Below are positions 10,501-22,974 of a DNA stretch of 64,000 nt, piece by piece. The notes beneath the pieces were generated by a model. That model worked only from the letters and a program-made list of their open reading frames with translations. It had not been told where the DNA came from and ran no database searches. Every line of letters starts with the position of its first letter. Position 1 is the first letter of the stretch. Origin of the DNA: Malacoraja senta (taxonomy: Eukaryota); contig CM075995.1 of the NCBI GenBank assembly GCA_038087875.1, positions 1,304,001 to 1,368,000 on the forward strand. Direction: 5' to 3'. The translations under genes and the position numbers were made by a program.

Positions 10501-12537
10501 GTTCATAACTTCTCGGAGTAGAATCTGGCCACTCGGCCCATCAAGTCCACTCTGCCATTCAATCATGGCTGATCTATCTTTCGTTCTCAATCCCATTCTC
10601 CTGTCTTTGCTCCATAATCCCTGACACCCGTGCTAATCAAGAATCTGTCAATCTCTGCCTTAAAAATATCCATTAACTCGGCCTCCACAGCCATCTGTGG
10701 CAATGAATTCCAGATTCACCACCCTGACTAGAAATTCCTTCTCATATTCTTTCTAAAGGTATGTGCTTTTATTTGGAGGCTCTGGTCCTTGACCCTCCCA
10801 TTAGTGGGGATAATGAATCTGTGGAATTCATCACCACAAACAGCTGTGAAGGCTGTCAATGGATATTTTTAAGATGGAGATTGACAGATTCTTGATTAGT
10901 ACGGGTGTCAGGGGTTTTGAGGCAAAGGCAGGAAAATGGGGTTGAGAGGGAAACTTAGATGAGCTACGATTGATTGGTGGGCTAGGTATGATGGCCGAAT
11001 TCTGCTCCGAGAACATGGACTTATTCCAGCGTACTGCAGTACGTGCTGAAGGACGCACTGAAGTTCAGTGTAGCCGCTGCAAAGGCTCTATGGGTACGGA
11101 CCACTGTCGATGCTCGTTTCTCTACGGGGAATGGAGGGGCTGGTGTGGAGGTCTCTCCAAAGGTTGAATCACCCACATGAGAGGTGATGGTGCTTTTGCC
11201 CGTAAAGATGTGCTAAAATGGGAACCGAAGGATCTGCAGATGCAGGAATCTTGAGCAAAATAAAGTGATAGACTATCTTTGACATCTCTCCCCCTTTTGA
11301 TCTGTCTCCATTACAGGGGACAGCCAATCGACTGATGTCTACTACAAACCCACTTCCCCACCCCGCCTCTTGCAAAGATGCTGTCCCCCCCACTGTCAAT
11401 TTCTGTCTCCGCTGCATCTATTCCCAAGATGAGGTTTATTATTCCAAGACATCTGAGGTGTCCTCTTTCTTGGGCATGTTTTCTTACCTCTTCCCCCCCG
11501 GGTTATAGATGGATCCTTCAACCGTGTCTCCTCTCCCAGACGGAACAAGGATAGAGTTCCCCAGATCCATACCATTGACCCCAACATCCTCTGCATCCAT
11601 AATATCGGCCACCGATCAGCGTCCATATCTGCCACCTATCTATCGTTTACATATGATTAGCTTATTTTTATCACTATTTCTCTCAGAACCCATGCGTTCC
11701 GGGGAACCCTGGTTGAGAAACACTGCTTGAGACTGAAGAAGGGTCTCGACCCGAAACTTCGCCCATCCCTTCACTCCAGAGATGCTGCCTGTCCCAATAG
11801 ATAATAGGTGCAGGAGTAGGCCATTCGGCCCTACAAGCCAGCACCGCCATTTACTGTGGTCATGGCTGATCATCCCCGCTGAGTTACTTCAGCATTTTGT
11901 GTCAGCCTCCAAACCTGTATGTCTTTGGAGTTTGGGAGGAAACCGGAGCACCCGGATATAAACCCAAACTCTGTACAGACAGAGCATCCGTGGCAGTGCT
12001 GGATTTAGATGAAGAGAGGCCCTAAGCTATTCCAATTGTGAGGCCCCTCCCAATCCCCCACCCCCAAGACTAGAGGAAGATGGAAGAGTGTTTTAAATAA
12101 TTTAAATAATTTGAGTAAAGCCAAGGATGATGACAGGTGTTTTAAAATTTCGCAATTCCTTCTCTGAAGGACATAAAATGTTATTGTTAAATACTGTAGT
12201 GATTGAAAAAAAATGCATAAATGTTAAAATCAACACTGAAAAACTTTTGCTATAAACTAATTTGTAAACATTTTGTGGAATAAGCAGGAATTTTTAGGAA
12301 AATAAAATTGTAAGTTTACTGTTATATTTTAAAAAACAAAACAAAAACAAAAACAACAAAAAACCCAAAACGTGAGCTTAAAAATGTTATTGCCTGGGAA
12401 GTGTTAATAAGATGACCATGACTACCTGATAGTGACAGTGTGACACTCTTAGATCCTACTGTATGTTGTCATTAAACAGTTGGTTTTAAAATACATATTA
12501 AGAAATAAAGAAACTACAATCATCAAATACACTTAGA

Positions 12538-14381
12538 CTAAAAAAGTTGTTTTCTCGCCTTCCTCATTGCAAAATCATCCGGACGTTCATCAAAATTTGT
12601 TTGTCTAAGTTTGTCACTCTCAATGCACAGAATGCTCAGCACAGATAACCTCCCTTGAGACATTGTGGCCCTTAACTCATTTTTAATTATTTCGAGTCTT
12701 GAAAAAGACCTCTCTCCCGAGCAGTTAGTGACCATTAAGCTAAGAAACAGCCGCAAGATTGCTTCCACATTAGGGAAGGCCATCTGAATTTTTTCTTTGT
12801 ATATAATTTGATAAAGGTCTGTATGAGACAGAGAGTGCTCTTCTGTATGCCTATGGCTTTGTCTCACATACGAGTGAAAGTGCAAAAATTCATCAATAAG
12901 TTTCACGTCAACATCTTCTGGGTATGCTTCCATCAACAGTTAAACACCTTGCTGAATTTCTTGCTTAGATGCGGTCAGATTAGCAAGAAAGGAAAACATT
13001 TGTGCAACTTTACTGTACACAGTAGCTCTTCTTCTTAAATTGGTTTCAAGTGCATCTAGTATAGGAAAGGATGATTTTTTGCTGCATATCCTTGTACCTA
13101 CCAGCCATGTTGGCAGCATTGTCATAAGACTGCCCTTGGAATTTTGTAAAGTCAATTTCAAGCTCAGTAGTGAGATAGTTAAACACTAAATCAGCCATGC
13201 TTTCTCCTGAGTGTCAAAGAAAGTTACAAATCTCTCACTTGGTAAACCGTCTTCAGGTGATACATATCTGATAAGGTCATTTTGTGAAATGTCAGGGGTG
13301 GAATCTACTGACAAGCTGAAATATCTAGCCTTTTTCAAATCAGCCAGAATTGCATCCTTAACTTTTTTTGCCATGTGTTGAATCATTTCCTCACATATAT
13401 TTTTTGACAAATAAGAGAAATTCCTGATCTGGAGTTTCCATACCGATTGATATGAGCCAGTAAAAATGGATCAAATTTTGCAACTAGCTCTAATAGACCA
13501 AGATAATTGCTGTTATTTGGAGATCCAAATTGTTCATTGTCTCCTCTGAATGGTAAGCCTCGTTCTGCAAGTGTGCATATTACGGCGACAATTCTCTCCA
13601 TGACATGCCGCCAGTACTGCTGTTCTGCTTTTATTTGTTCCTCTCGCTTTGAAGTTAACGTTTGCCCTCGCTTTCTTGTTAAGTAGGTCAACATGGCATT
13701 CCTGTGCTGCTCTGAGTTTTCATGAGTTTGGATAAGACAGGGGTTTTCCCCAATCATCAAACCCTTCAGAAGCTAAAGATGTAGCAGAAGATGCAATGTT
13801 TGGAAAGAGTTTACAAACAAAGCAATATATCCGGCCTTTTGAGGGAGAATACACAAGCCACTCTCGGCTATGTTTCTCCATTGACTTTTGTTGAATTAAA
13901 AAGAGCCTTTGTGCAAACCTAAACTGCTTTTTATACACCCGCTTGGAATTTGAAAATGGTCCACAACGATGCTGAACTTGAGAGGGGCCCCTTTCTACCC
14001 AATAGGATACGTCCTCATGTGATAATTCTGTCCACAAACCAACGTCTGTTACAGTAGATCTATGTTTGGCATCATCAATCAGTTCTATATTTTCATTTTG
14101 AGCTGGCATCATGGCTGCTTCCTCATATTCAGCTTGCTGTTCCACGTCCTGCTTCGCTGTTTCTGTTTCAGGGAGGTTTTCTTCTGGTTGAATGCTAGTA
14201 GTTGGCTGGATAGCTCCACCACACTGATTTCCTTGTGTTAGTATCAATGTATCTGCTTCATCGCTGGCACTTGTTGCCTCCGTCAATGGCTGATCCAAGA
14301 AAGCAGTGATTGGTCTTCATTTTCATTTTCAAGTCCCTTTCTCTTGCGCTTGCTAGCACCACTTTCAAATCTTTTACTCAT
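12538..14381 (-). pseudogene. hAT transposase pseudogene (ZMYM1-like type: TTF-type zinc finger, DUF4371-like region, hATC dimerisation domain)
   Basis: Frameshifted ORF pieces: MSKRFESGASKRKR from the ATG at 14381; WLVYSPSKGRIYCFVCKLF; LAERGLPFRGDNE...NYLGLLELVAKFDPFL; YFSLSVDSTPDIS; FPNVEAILRLFLSLMVTNCSGERSFSRLEIIKNELRATMSQGRL. The central catalytic region appears deleted near 13170. Confidence 0.88.
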
Positions 14382-15023
14382 GATCAGATTAGAATCTGAA
14401 AATAAAAAGTAAAATTAATCTTCAACAGTTATTAGAAAGGAAAACATGAAGGGGTGTTCTCACAAAATGGGATCCACCAATGGATAATATTTGGGAAATA
14501 TTTCTTAAAGAATTGTTCCTTATTGACAATTATATTGTAAAATCTGAATCAAATCTGCTTCCAAAAACAGTTTACAAAACGAGTATGCTTTTTCCTATCG
14601 TTAACAAAGATGATACAAATAAGCTTAGTTTTATTACTGTAGTGCATTCACAGCACTACACAGTAGGTTTCTAGCAACGATTATCAGCTCTACCCCTAGC
14701 ATTGCTCCATGCCAACTTCGTAGTTCAAATATCTTTGCACTTTCCTACTTACCCGAGTTTTGACTTTTGAAGCCTGCAAGTATCCAAAGATGTTCCCCGC
14801 ACCCGCCATCGCTGCTTACTGGAGCACGTGTTAAAGTTGGCCGGACCCCGGTGCCACCAGATTGACACCGATGTGCAGCCGAGCGTGGCCAATGCGATAA
14901 GGGGGCTGGAAAGCTGCGCTTTAATTTTTTTAATTTATTGCAGTGCTAGTGTCGAGTTTTCGGCTTAAAACAGTATTATTCTGAAATGGAGGGCAAGGAA
15001 AATTACTGAAGGATTGTTTAGAG

Positions 15024-15878
15024 CAGGGGTGGGGAATCTGCGGCCTTGAGGCCACATGTGGCCTTCTAGGCCATTAAGTGCGGCCTTTTGAATGAATCCA
15101 AATTTTGTAGAACAAATCCTTTTATTTTTTTTAACATGTTTTTGTTCGTCTTTTATTGTTTTTATTTTAATCTTAAAATGGACGTATTTAAAATACCAAA
15201 GAGTAAAAGAAGATTCAACAAAATAATTGTTGAAGAAGGAACTGCAGATGCTGGAAAATCGAAGGTAGACAAAAATGCTGGAGAAACTCAGCGGGTGCAG
15301 CAGCATCTATGGAGCGAAGGAGATAGGCAACGTTTTGGGCCGAAACACTTCTTCAGACTCTTTTCAACAAAATAATCCTCCCCGACTGACGGCCACAAGT
15401 AAAACATTAGTAAGTCATGAGGGCTTTGTTAACAAAATAATGTACATTTTGAAGTACATCTAATTGAAGTTTCTTGGATGCGGCCTTATAGATACATAGA
15501 AAATAGGTGCAGTAGTAGGCCATTCGGCCCTTCGAGCCTGCACCGCCATTCAATATGATCATGGCTGATCATCCAACACAATATCCCGTACCTGCCTTCT
15601 CTCCATACCCCCTGATCCCCTTAGTCACATCTAACTCCCTCTTAAATATAGCCAATTAAAGCTAACTTAATGCGGCCTTCCGACATGAGGCCAGTTCATT
15701 GGCTATATTTAAGAGGGAGTTAGATGTGGCCCTTGTGGCTAAAGGGGTCAGGGGGTATGGAGAGAAGGCAGGTACAGGATACTGAGTTGGATGATCAGCC
15801 GTGATCATATTGAATGACGGTGCCAACTCCTGCACCTATCTATTGTCTATGTTTCTATGAAAAGGTTCCCCACCCCTG
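15024..15878. mobile_element. Charlie-type hAT MITE nested in the larger hAT
   Basis: TIR CAGGGGTGGGGAA / TTCCCCACCCCTG and a perfect 8-bp TSD GTTTAGAG (15016-15023, 15879-15886). Confidence 0.9.
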
Positions 15879-16231
15879 GTTTAGAGACTACAGTGCGTTG
15901 TGACAAAAATATTATACACCTTGGCCGGAGGCCCTCTCGATTTTGAGGCCCTGGGCTTCAGCCTGCCAAGCCTGTAGGTAAATCCGGCACTGGTCCCGTG
16001 GTCAGGATCGAACCCGGGACTCTGGCGCTGGTTCCATCAAGTGCAGCGACTCCACCGCACTGTGAGCGCAGACACTGAGAGTGGGGAAGAGCTTGGCCCC
16101 CCGCGTACCGCTACTTTTGCAATTATTAAAAACAAAGAAAACAAATGTCGACACAGGTGTTACGCTGAAATTTAAAAAAAAAGAAGAAGAAAAAGCGTGG
16201 CTTACGGAGACGTTGAGGGGATCGATCGATC

Positions 16232-16259
16232 GATGGATGGATGGATGGATGGATGGACG
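16232..16259. repeat. (GATG)n microsatellite
   Basis: gatggatggatggatggatggatggacg read directly from the sequence. Confidence 0.9.
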
Positions 16260-16379
16260 GCTGTTGGGTGGCGGTGCGACCTTGGTGATGGCGGCGGCGG
16301 CGGCGGTTGTGGAAGCGGAAGTGGAAGCGCTCCCAGACCCAGGCCGCTCCGCCCCTCCCCCCCGCGGCAGGAAGTGACG

Positions 16380-16452
16380 CACAGACAGGTCGGAGGTCGG
16401 CGCGTGATGGCGCAGCGCAGTCGGACGACGAGAGAGTGAAACCCCGTCGACG
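16380..16452 (+). other. CDKAL1: Putative non-coding exon 1 of CDKAL1 (start approximate)
   Basis: Consensus donor CG|GTAAGT at 16453, immediately downstream of the promoter motifs and followed by a G-rich intron start. Confidence 0.7.
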
Positions 16453-19400
16453 GTAAGTAAGTAAGTAAGTAAGTAAGTTGGCGGCGGACAGGCCTGGTGG
16501 GGGATAGATGCACTTGGGGCAGCCATCGGGCATGGATGGGACTGCCGGGAGAGTGGGTGCGGAGGCTGGGGACGGGCACGGGCACAGCCGACCGGTGGAA
16601 ATGGGCCCCACCGGGAGAGAGGAGCAGCGGGGGCTGGGGCTGGGGCTGGGGCAAGGAGAGGGGCCGGGAGAGGGGCTGGAGGCAACGGGGCAACGGGGCC
16701 CTGGAGACGCAGCAGGACGGGGACCGTGGAGGGGGGAAACCCTACTATAGTTACCCAAACAGATGCAACTAAATTCAAGGTAACTCTTTCTTCCCAAAAA
16801 ACCCTTCTCTGGCTTAAGTCCTCCCTCCCTCCACCACCTCCAGTTTAAATTCCATTTGGAATATTTTGGAGGACCAAGAAACCAAGAAACCAAGAAAGCG
16901 GCTCTGGGGAGAGGAGGTTGTGAGCGGGCATGGTCAGGGAGAGGGGCTTAGGGGGGGCAGTAGGACCTGGGAGTGGGGGCAACGGGGCTGGGACCACCGT
17001 GGATAGCAAGCAGAGAGGGGCCGTGTGTAGAGGGAGCCATCCCCAGTGGGAGAGGGGCTCTAGCACTGGTCACCACCGGGGAGAGGGGCCGAGGGACCAG
17101 TCACTGGGGCCGGGGGGGGGGGGGGGGGCGCAAGGGGAAATCACTGAGTAGAGGGGCCGGCGGCAGCGAGATCGGGCACAGCCGGGGAGAGGGGCCGAGG
17201 CAATGGGCATGGGAAAGCAGGGGCCGGGTTTTGGGGAGGGAGAGAGACCGACAGGAGCAATGGGCAGGGGCTGGAGCAACGGGCTCCGGGAGAAGTCGGG
17301 GTGAGGCGGGGGACCGAGGAGAGGGGCCAGGACACCATACATGGCTGGGGAAAGGATGATCGGGGGTCCAGGGTACGAGAAGTGGCATTCGGTTAGGACC
17401 GAGACTGATGTTGAGCCAGAGCAACATACATGTCTGGGGCTCGGATGGGAATGGAGTGGGATCGGGCGTTCAGCGAGTTGGATAGACCGACTGGTGCTCT
17501 GCAAAGCCAGGCGCAAGGTCCGGGGTTAATAGCCGCCGCATTGGCTCCCTTGGTTTGTGGGCAAGGAGCTTGTCTATAAATTTGAAGAGGGAAGGGGGGG
17601 AAGTTGCCTCTTACATGCGTGTCGGCGCCACGTTGAGCTTTTAACCTGGTGCTGCCCATCGAGGAAGTGTTGGTTGATGCATGGAGAAGTTTGTGCCGGC
17701 TGCCCTTCTTGCTCCTGAAATCTGTTCATCTTCAGCACACCGCACTATGCAAATTTTGCTCACATTTTCTGCCTGGAAACGTTGTTTTTTCATCTCAGTC
17801 CGGTACTTGGAATTGAAGGAGGAATATTCCATGATTGGAGTCGTAGGGTATGTGCAGTTGTTGGAGCTGATCATCGCAGCCTCAGGATGTCACTGCAGGA
17901 GTTTCTTAGTTAATCAGCGACTTTCCTTTTGTCATAAGCCAACTAGTGGGAATGTATAAGAAGGAATACTGACTGCACAACATTCAATTCAATTCACCTC
18001 TCCTTTGAAATGAATCACTGAATTCCTCTTTGCACCAAGAACTAGGCTGGAATATTAACACACGAGGAATGGCAGATGCCAGAATCTTGCGCGTAAAACA
18101 CAAAGTGCTGGAGTCAGTCAGCAGGCCAATCAGCATCTGTGGATGGAGTGGACAGACGATGATTCAGGTCATGACCCATCTTTGCAACTAGACAACTTTT
18201 ATTTATGGCTGATGAGTTGCAAGTTTTATGAGTAAGTGCCAGAGAAAGTCTTCAGTTGGCTAAGACATTCTATAGACTTCCAGTCCATCGTGGAATCCGG
18301 CTTACCGTGTCACCGACCAGTGATGGCCCTGTACAGTAGCACTATCCAACACACTAGAGGAATCTGGACCATCGTGTTCACAGGGAGAACGCACAGTGCC
18401 CTCCATAATGTTTGGGACAAAGATCCATCATTTATTTATTTGCCTCTGTATTCCACAAATCTATATTGAAGAGGTTGATTTATTAAGTTGTTGAAACATG
18501 CAAGTCATTCCATCATCTTTCTTTGGCAGCAGTGTTAACCGTCCATAGGGTGCGCTTCATTAACTCGTGAAGGCCTTCAATGGGAATCACCCCACCCAAA
18601 ACATGTCTGCTATCTAGAAAGGAAAATACATCTGTTGCCTTGTGGGAAAAGGATGCATTGTCCTGGAGAAACTTAGCAAGTCAGAGAGCATCTGGAATCT
18701 GAAGAAGGATCTCGACCCGAAACATCATCCATTCCTTATCTCCAGAGATGCTGCCTGTCCCGCTGAGTTGCTGCAGCATTTTGTGTCTACATCTGGAGAA
18801 CATAGACCGGTGATGTTTGGTGCCAGGACCCTCCGTCAGACTGATTTTTATCAACCCACATCTCCTGTTATTGCTCCAGTTGCCTAGGAATAGCACTGCC
18901 TCCATGTTACATGTTTGTACGGCACCAATCTTGGAACCTGCCTAAAGGTGCCACGGCAGTAAAAAAAAATTGCTGGAAGGACACAGTGCTGGAGTAGCTC
19001 AGCGGGTCAGGTGGCAGCACTTCTGGAGGACGGGACCCTTCAGATTAAAAATTATGGATATGCTGAGGAGTATAGGCAGCAGCTGTGAAGAAAGAAACAA
19101 TGCTTCAAGATAACTTTTCACTGTGGTATTACTTTGAGCACACATTTTCAACACGTTGGCTTTCATCAGTCAGACTATTGAGTATAAAAGTTGGTAGTTA
19201 TACAAGACATCCCCAGAGTAGGGGAATTGAGAACCACAGGACATAGTTTTCAGGTGAGGGTGGAAAGATTTGGTAGGATCCTGAGAGATAACTTTTTTAC
19301 GCAAAGGGTGGTGGGTGTACGGAATAAGCTGCCGAAGTAGGTTGTTGTGACATGTACTATCGCAACATTTAAGAAACATTTAGACAGGTACATGGATACG

Positions 19401-20108
19401 ATAGGTTTGTAGAGTTATGGGCCATACACGGGCAGGTGGGACTAGTGTAGATGAGACATGTTGGTCGTTGTGGGCATGTTGGGCCGAAGGGCCAGTTTCC
19501 ACACTGTATGACTGACTATGTCACATCTGTAACATAGTTAGTGATGGTTGACAAATCTTATCTGGATTTTGGATCTGATAATGGGAGAACACAGTTGCAT
19601 GTTTACGTTGTAACTTCGCTGAGTTTTTTGGTTCTGGCCAGGACTGCTGCATGCTTTTCTACATTGCTGAATGAGCCAGTGTTGGCCTCGTGTCGTCATG
19701 GTGACAGCAGGGTCAATTATATTTTGGGACGAGGTTACAGAGTGGTGGAATACAAAGTTAAGAAACATTTATTCAGGTACATGGATAGGACAGGTTTATA
19801 GGAGTATGGACCAAATGCAGGCATGTTGGGCTGCAGGGTCTGTTTCCACGTTGTAAGACTTTATTATGACTATAAGTCTGCTACAGATGGCATTGATGTA
19901 CAGCTTTGAGGCTCTGGATCCTTTTGGATTTGATACCATTCAACATGGTGATAGTTTTACATAATATAACAGAAGCCGTCTTCAGTGTGAAGATGACATT
20001 TTCTTACCATTACAAATACGATAACTTGTTTAAAAGTAACTTATATGGACATTAGTTCCAAATGTTTAAAATTTGTAATGAAATTATTGAGGGCTTGTAT
20101 TGCAGAAC

Positions 20109-20269
20109 ATGCTGGCAACCTGTGATTCGTTAGTGGAAGACATTGAAGATATTGTGTCAGCACAAGATCCAACACCTCATGACCGATTGCTGGCGAGGAA
20201 GAGCGTTGTGCCTCGTGTTAGAAAGAGAAATAAACAGGATGAGTTGACGGAAGAGTTACAGGCTGACAG
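20109..20269 (+). CDS. CDKAL1: CDKAL1 (tRNA t6A methylthiotransferase), first coding exon
   Basis: Acceptor tgcag| at 20105, ATG at 20109, donor |gtgagt at 20270. [53 protein letters not shown] resembles the recalled human N-terminus [42 protein letters not shown]. Ends in phase 2. Confidence 0.93.
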
Positions 20270-22974
20270 GTGAGTTCCAATTCCCTCATTTGCCACCTCA
20301 TGTAGAACCCTGTCTGTTGTGATTCTATCTCAACGTTCGCTCTGTGATGTACGTCATCAACATCAGAAATAACATAATGAGACCATTTCTTCTGAACAAT
20401 TTGCAACCATTGATATTGCTTTCCTCTCCCTCCTCTAACTACTCTCTTTTGTCATTCAACATTGAGACTTCCTCACTTCATAATCCACACTCTGCGCAGT
20501 TACTTCAACAAATTCCACTTCTATATTCCCTTTATTAATATTGAAAATTGCCTCATAACATTTCACATGATTAGTACAGGTGTCAGAGGTTATGGGGAGA
20601 ATGGGGTTAGGAGGGAGAGATAGAGCAGCCATGATTGAATGGCGGAGTAGACTTCATGGGCTGAATGGCTTAAATCTACTCCTATCATTTATGACCTTAT
20701 GACATGAGGGTTATCAAACAAATTAACACTGACCCATGTAAGCAAGTATGAAGAGGGGACGACGACTTGAAGGATAGGAAAAGGATGAAAATTTTGAAAT
20801 GGGGGTTTGCATTGCTTAAGCGGAAATTGATGCAAGGCATGAAGTGTGCTGTTGAGAAGTGACATAATTGAACAGGAAGGGGCAGAATACAGAGCTAAGT
20901 GGAGTTGGACTAAGGAATAAAAATGAGTAAAAATTACCACCCCTTTTACTGAATGCAGTTAGCATTCCCTAAGTAGATGAATGCTGGGAATCGGAGTATT
21001 TGACATTCTAGAAGTATAGGCAAAGGGAAAATGGAGTCAGGCAGTTCTGTTCAAGGTTCAGATGGTAAGGAATTACATGGGCTCAGCAATGAAAGATGTA
21101 GAATTATTTTGAATGGGCCTAAGAAATAATGATGGTAAGAAGTCATTGGTGGGCTTAACAAGTATTCTCCTATAGAAGCTATATGAGTCTGCACTGTGGA
21201 AAACATTGAAAATGTTCCAATAATTAAAGCTTATCAACGAGATATAGGGAGGGAAGAGCTTAAATTAATTAATTGCCAGAGAAAAAAGTGCTTGGCAAAT
21301 TAATGGGAGCTAATGTTTAGGATAGAGATACAGCGCAGTTACAGGCACTTCGACTCACCGAGTCCACGCCAACCAATGATCCCTGCACATTAACACTATC
21401 GTACACACACTAGGGACAATTTACAATTTTATCAAGCCCATTAGCCTACAAACTTGTACGTATTTGGTATGTGGGACAAAACGGGAGCTCCCGGAGAAAA
21501 CCCATGAAGGTTGCGGGGGGAGAACATATAAACTCCGTACAGACAACTGCCATGGCCAGGATCGAACCCTGGTCTCTGGCGCTGTCAGGCAGCAACTCTA
21601 CCATTGCCCCTAACGGCTAACATATCCTCAGATATAATAGCTTTCACCTTTGGTTGGGTCGTAAAGGATGCAGCATCAGAGATGGGGAATGTATTGGGTA
21701 TAATCCAATAAAATTCTGAAGATTTTGGAGGAATCCCAGTGAATTGGAAAATGTTAAATTTACTGGCACCGTTCAAGCAAGACAGACAGAGCAGGAAGCT
21801 GTTGGCTAGGTGGCTTTGCGACTGCCATTGGGAAGGTGGGAATCCATTACAGCAACACGTGGAACCGTATAGTAAATGCTTCTGTACTAATTTTAACTGT
21901 TTCCTCCCATTCTTTATTCAACCTCAAATCTGCTTGTGTTTCTGGTGGAGCTTGATTAGTGAGAGTAAAGTTTTTGTAACGAAAATAGGAGAAAAAACAA
22001 GATATTTGGATAATCAGTTACTTTTCCCCCCCGTCTCTTACGTAGTGGATCTCACATTTGTTATATTTTAGTCTGCTGGAACTATTCCGGAATCAGTGAA
22101 TTTTGAAATTCCCAATGATCGTGTAGATTTCTCTGCATCCAACTCTTCTAAAAAGCTTGGGTTTAGGATTATCCAGTTCTGGGAATTTGTTGACTTTCAG
22201 TCCCTTTCGTTTCTCCAGTATTTCCTTTCTTTTTGTTATTTGAAGTTATTCATTTTCATTTATTTTAGTTTAGTTTAGAGATACAGACAGGCCCTTCAGC
22301 TCGCGGTGACCATGCTGACCAATGATCCCCGCACATTTACTCTATATATTATACCAAGCCAATTAACCTACAAACCTGTACGTCTTTGGAGTGTGGGAGG
22401 AAACTGGAGATCCCGGAGAAAACACACACAGGTCACTGGGTGAAAGTACAAACTCCATACAGACAGCACCCGTAGGCCGGTTCGAACCCGTGTCTTTGGA
22501 GCTGTAAGGCAGCAACTACCCCTGTGCCACCCACAAAATGTTTTGGGATTTTCTCAATTTATGATGCATTTGCTGTGTCTGTCTTCAGAGTGAATACAAC
22601 ATATGCTTTAGACTATTATGCAGCAGAAAAATAAAATTTAGGGTTTAACTAAAACCAAGGGTTTAACTAGATAATATGAACCAAATTAAACTAAGGGCAG
22701 GTGAACTGTAGAATGTGTTTTAAATGTAGTGAATGTAATGTCCTCCACCAAATGATCCAGAAAGGTTGAACAATAGCATGTAGAAACAAGAAACTGCAGA
22801 TGCAGATGCTGGAGAAACTATGTGGGTCAGGCAGCATCTCTGAGGAAAGGGATAGGTGACATTCTTCAGCAAAAGTATACTAGTAGAGAATGTTCAGGGG
22901 AATTCTCGAGGATCAGTCAAATTTCAAGAGAAGACTATTTAATGGGTTTAATCCGTAATCTGTTTAATCCCTCT

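Larger units (their letters stand above)
11994..15992 (-). mobile_element. Decayed hAT DNA transposon (~4 kb including nested insertions), inserted in a V-SINE
   Basis: TIRs CAGTGCTGGATTTA / TAAATCCGGCACTG (13/14 match). Near-identical flanks ATCCGTGG / TCCCGTGG. The host SINE resumes after 15992. Confidence 0.88.
16190..17530 (+). promoter_or_regulatory. CDKAL1: CpG/GC-rich promoter island of CDKAL1
   Basis: Dense CpGs, a YY1-like GATGGCGGCG, tandem ETS sites GGAAGCGGAAGTGGAAG (16311-16327), a GC box CTCCGCCCC and an ETS-CRE-like CAGGAAGTGACGCA (16368-16381). Lies upstream of the first CDKAL1 coding exon. Confidence 0.8.

Noticed and set aside
12538..14381. Possible domesticated ZMYM1-like host gene
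   Set aside because: Multiple frameshifts, an internal deletion and flanking TIRs indicate a dead transposon.
16002..17516. Long Pro/Gly/Ala-rich ORFs (up to 258 aa) on both strands
   Set aside because: Products of the GC-rich promoter island and microsatellites; low complexity and no recognisable domain.
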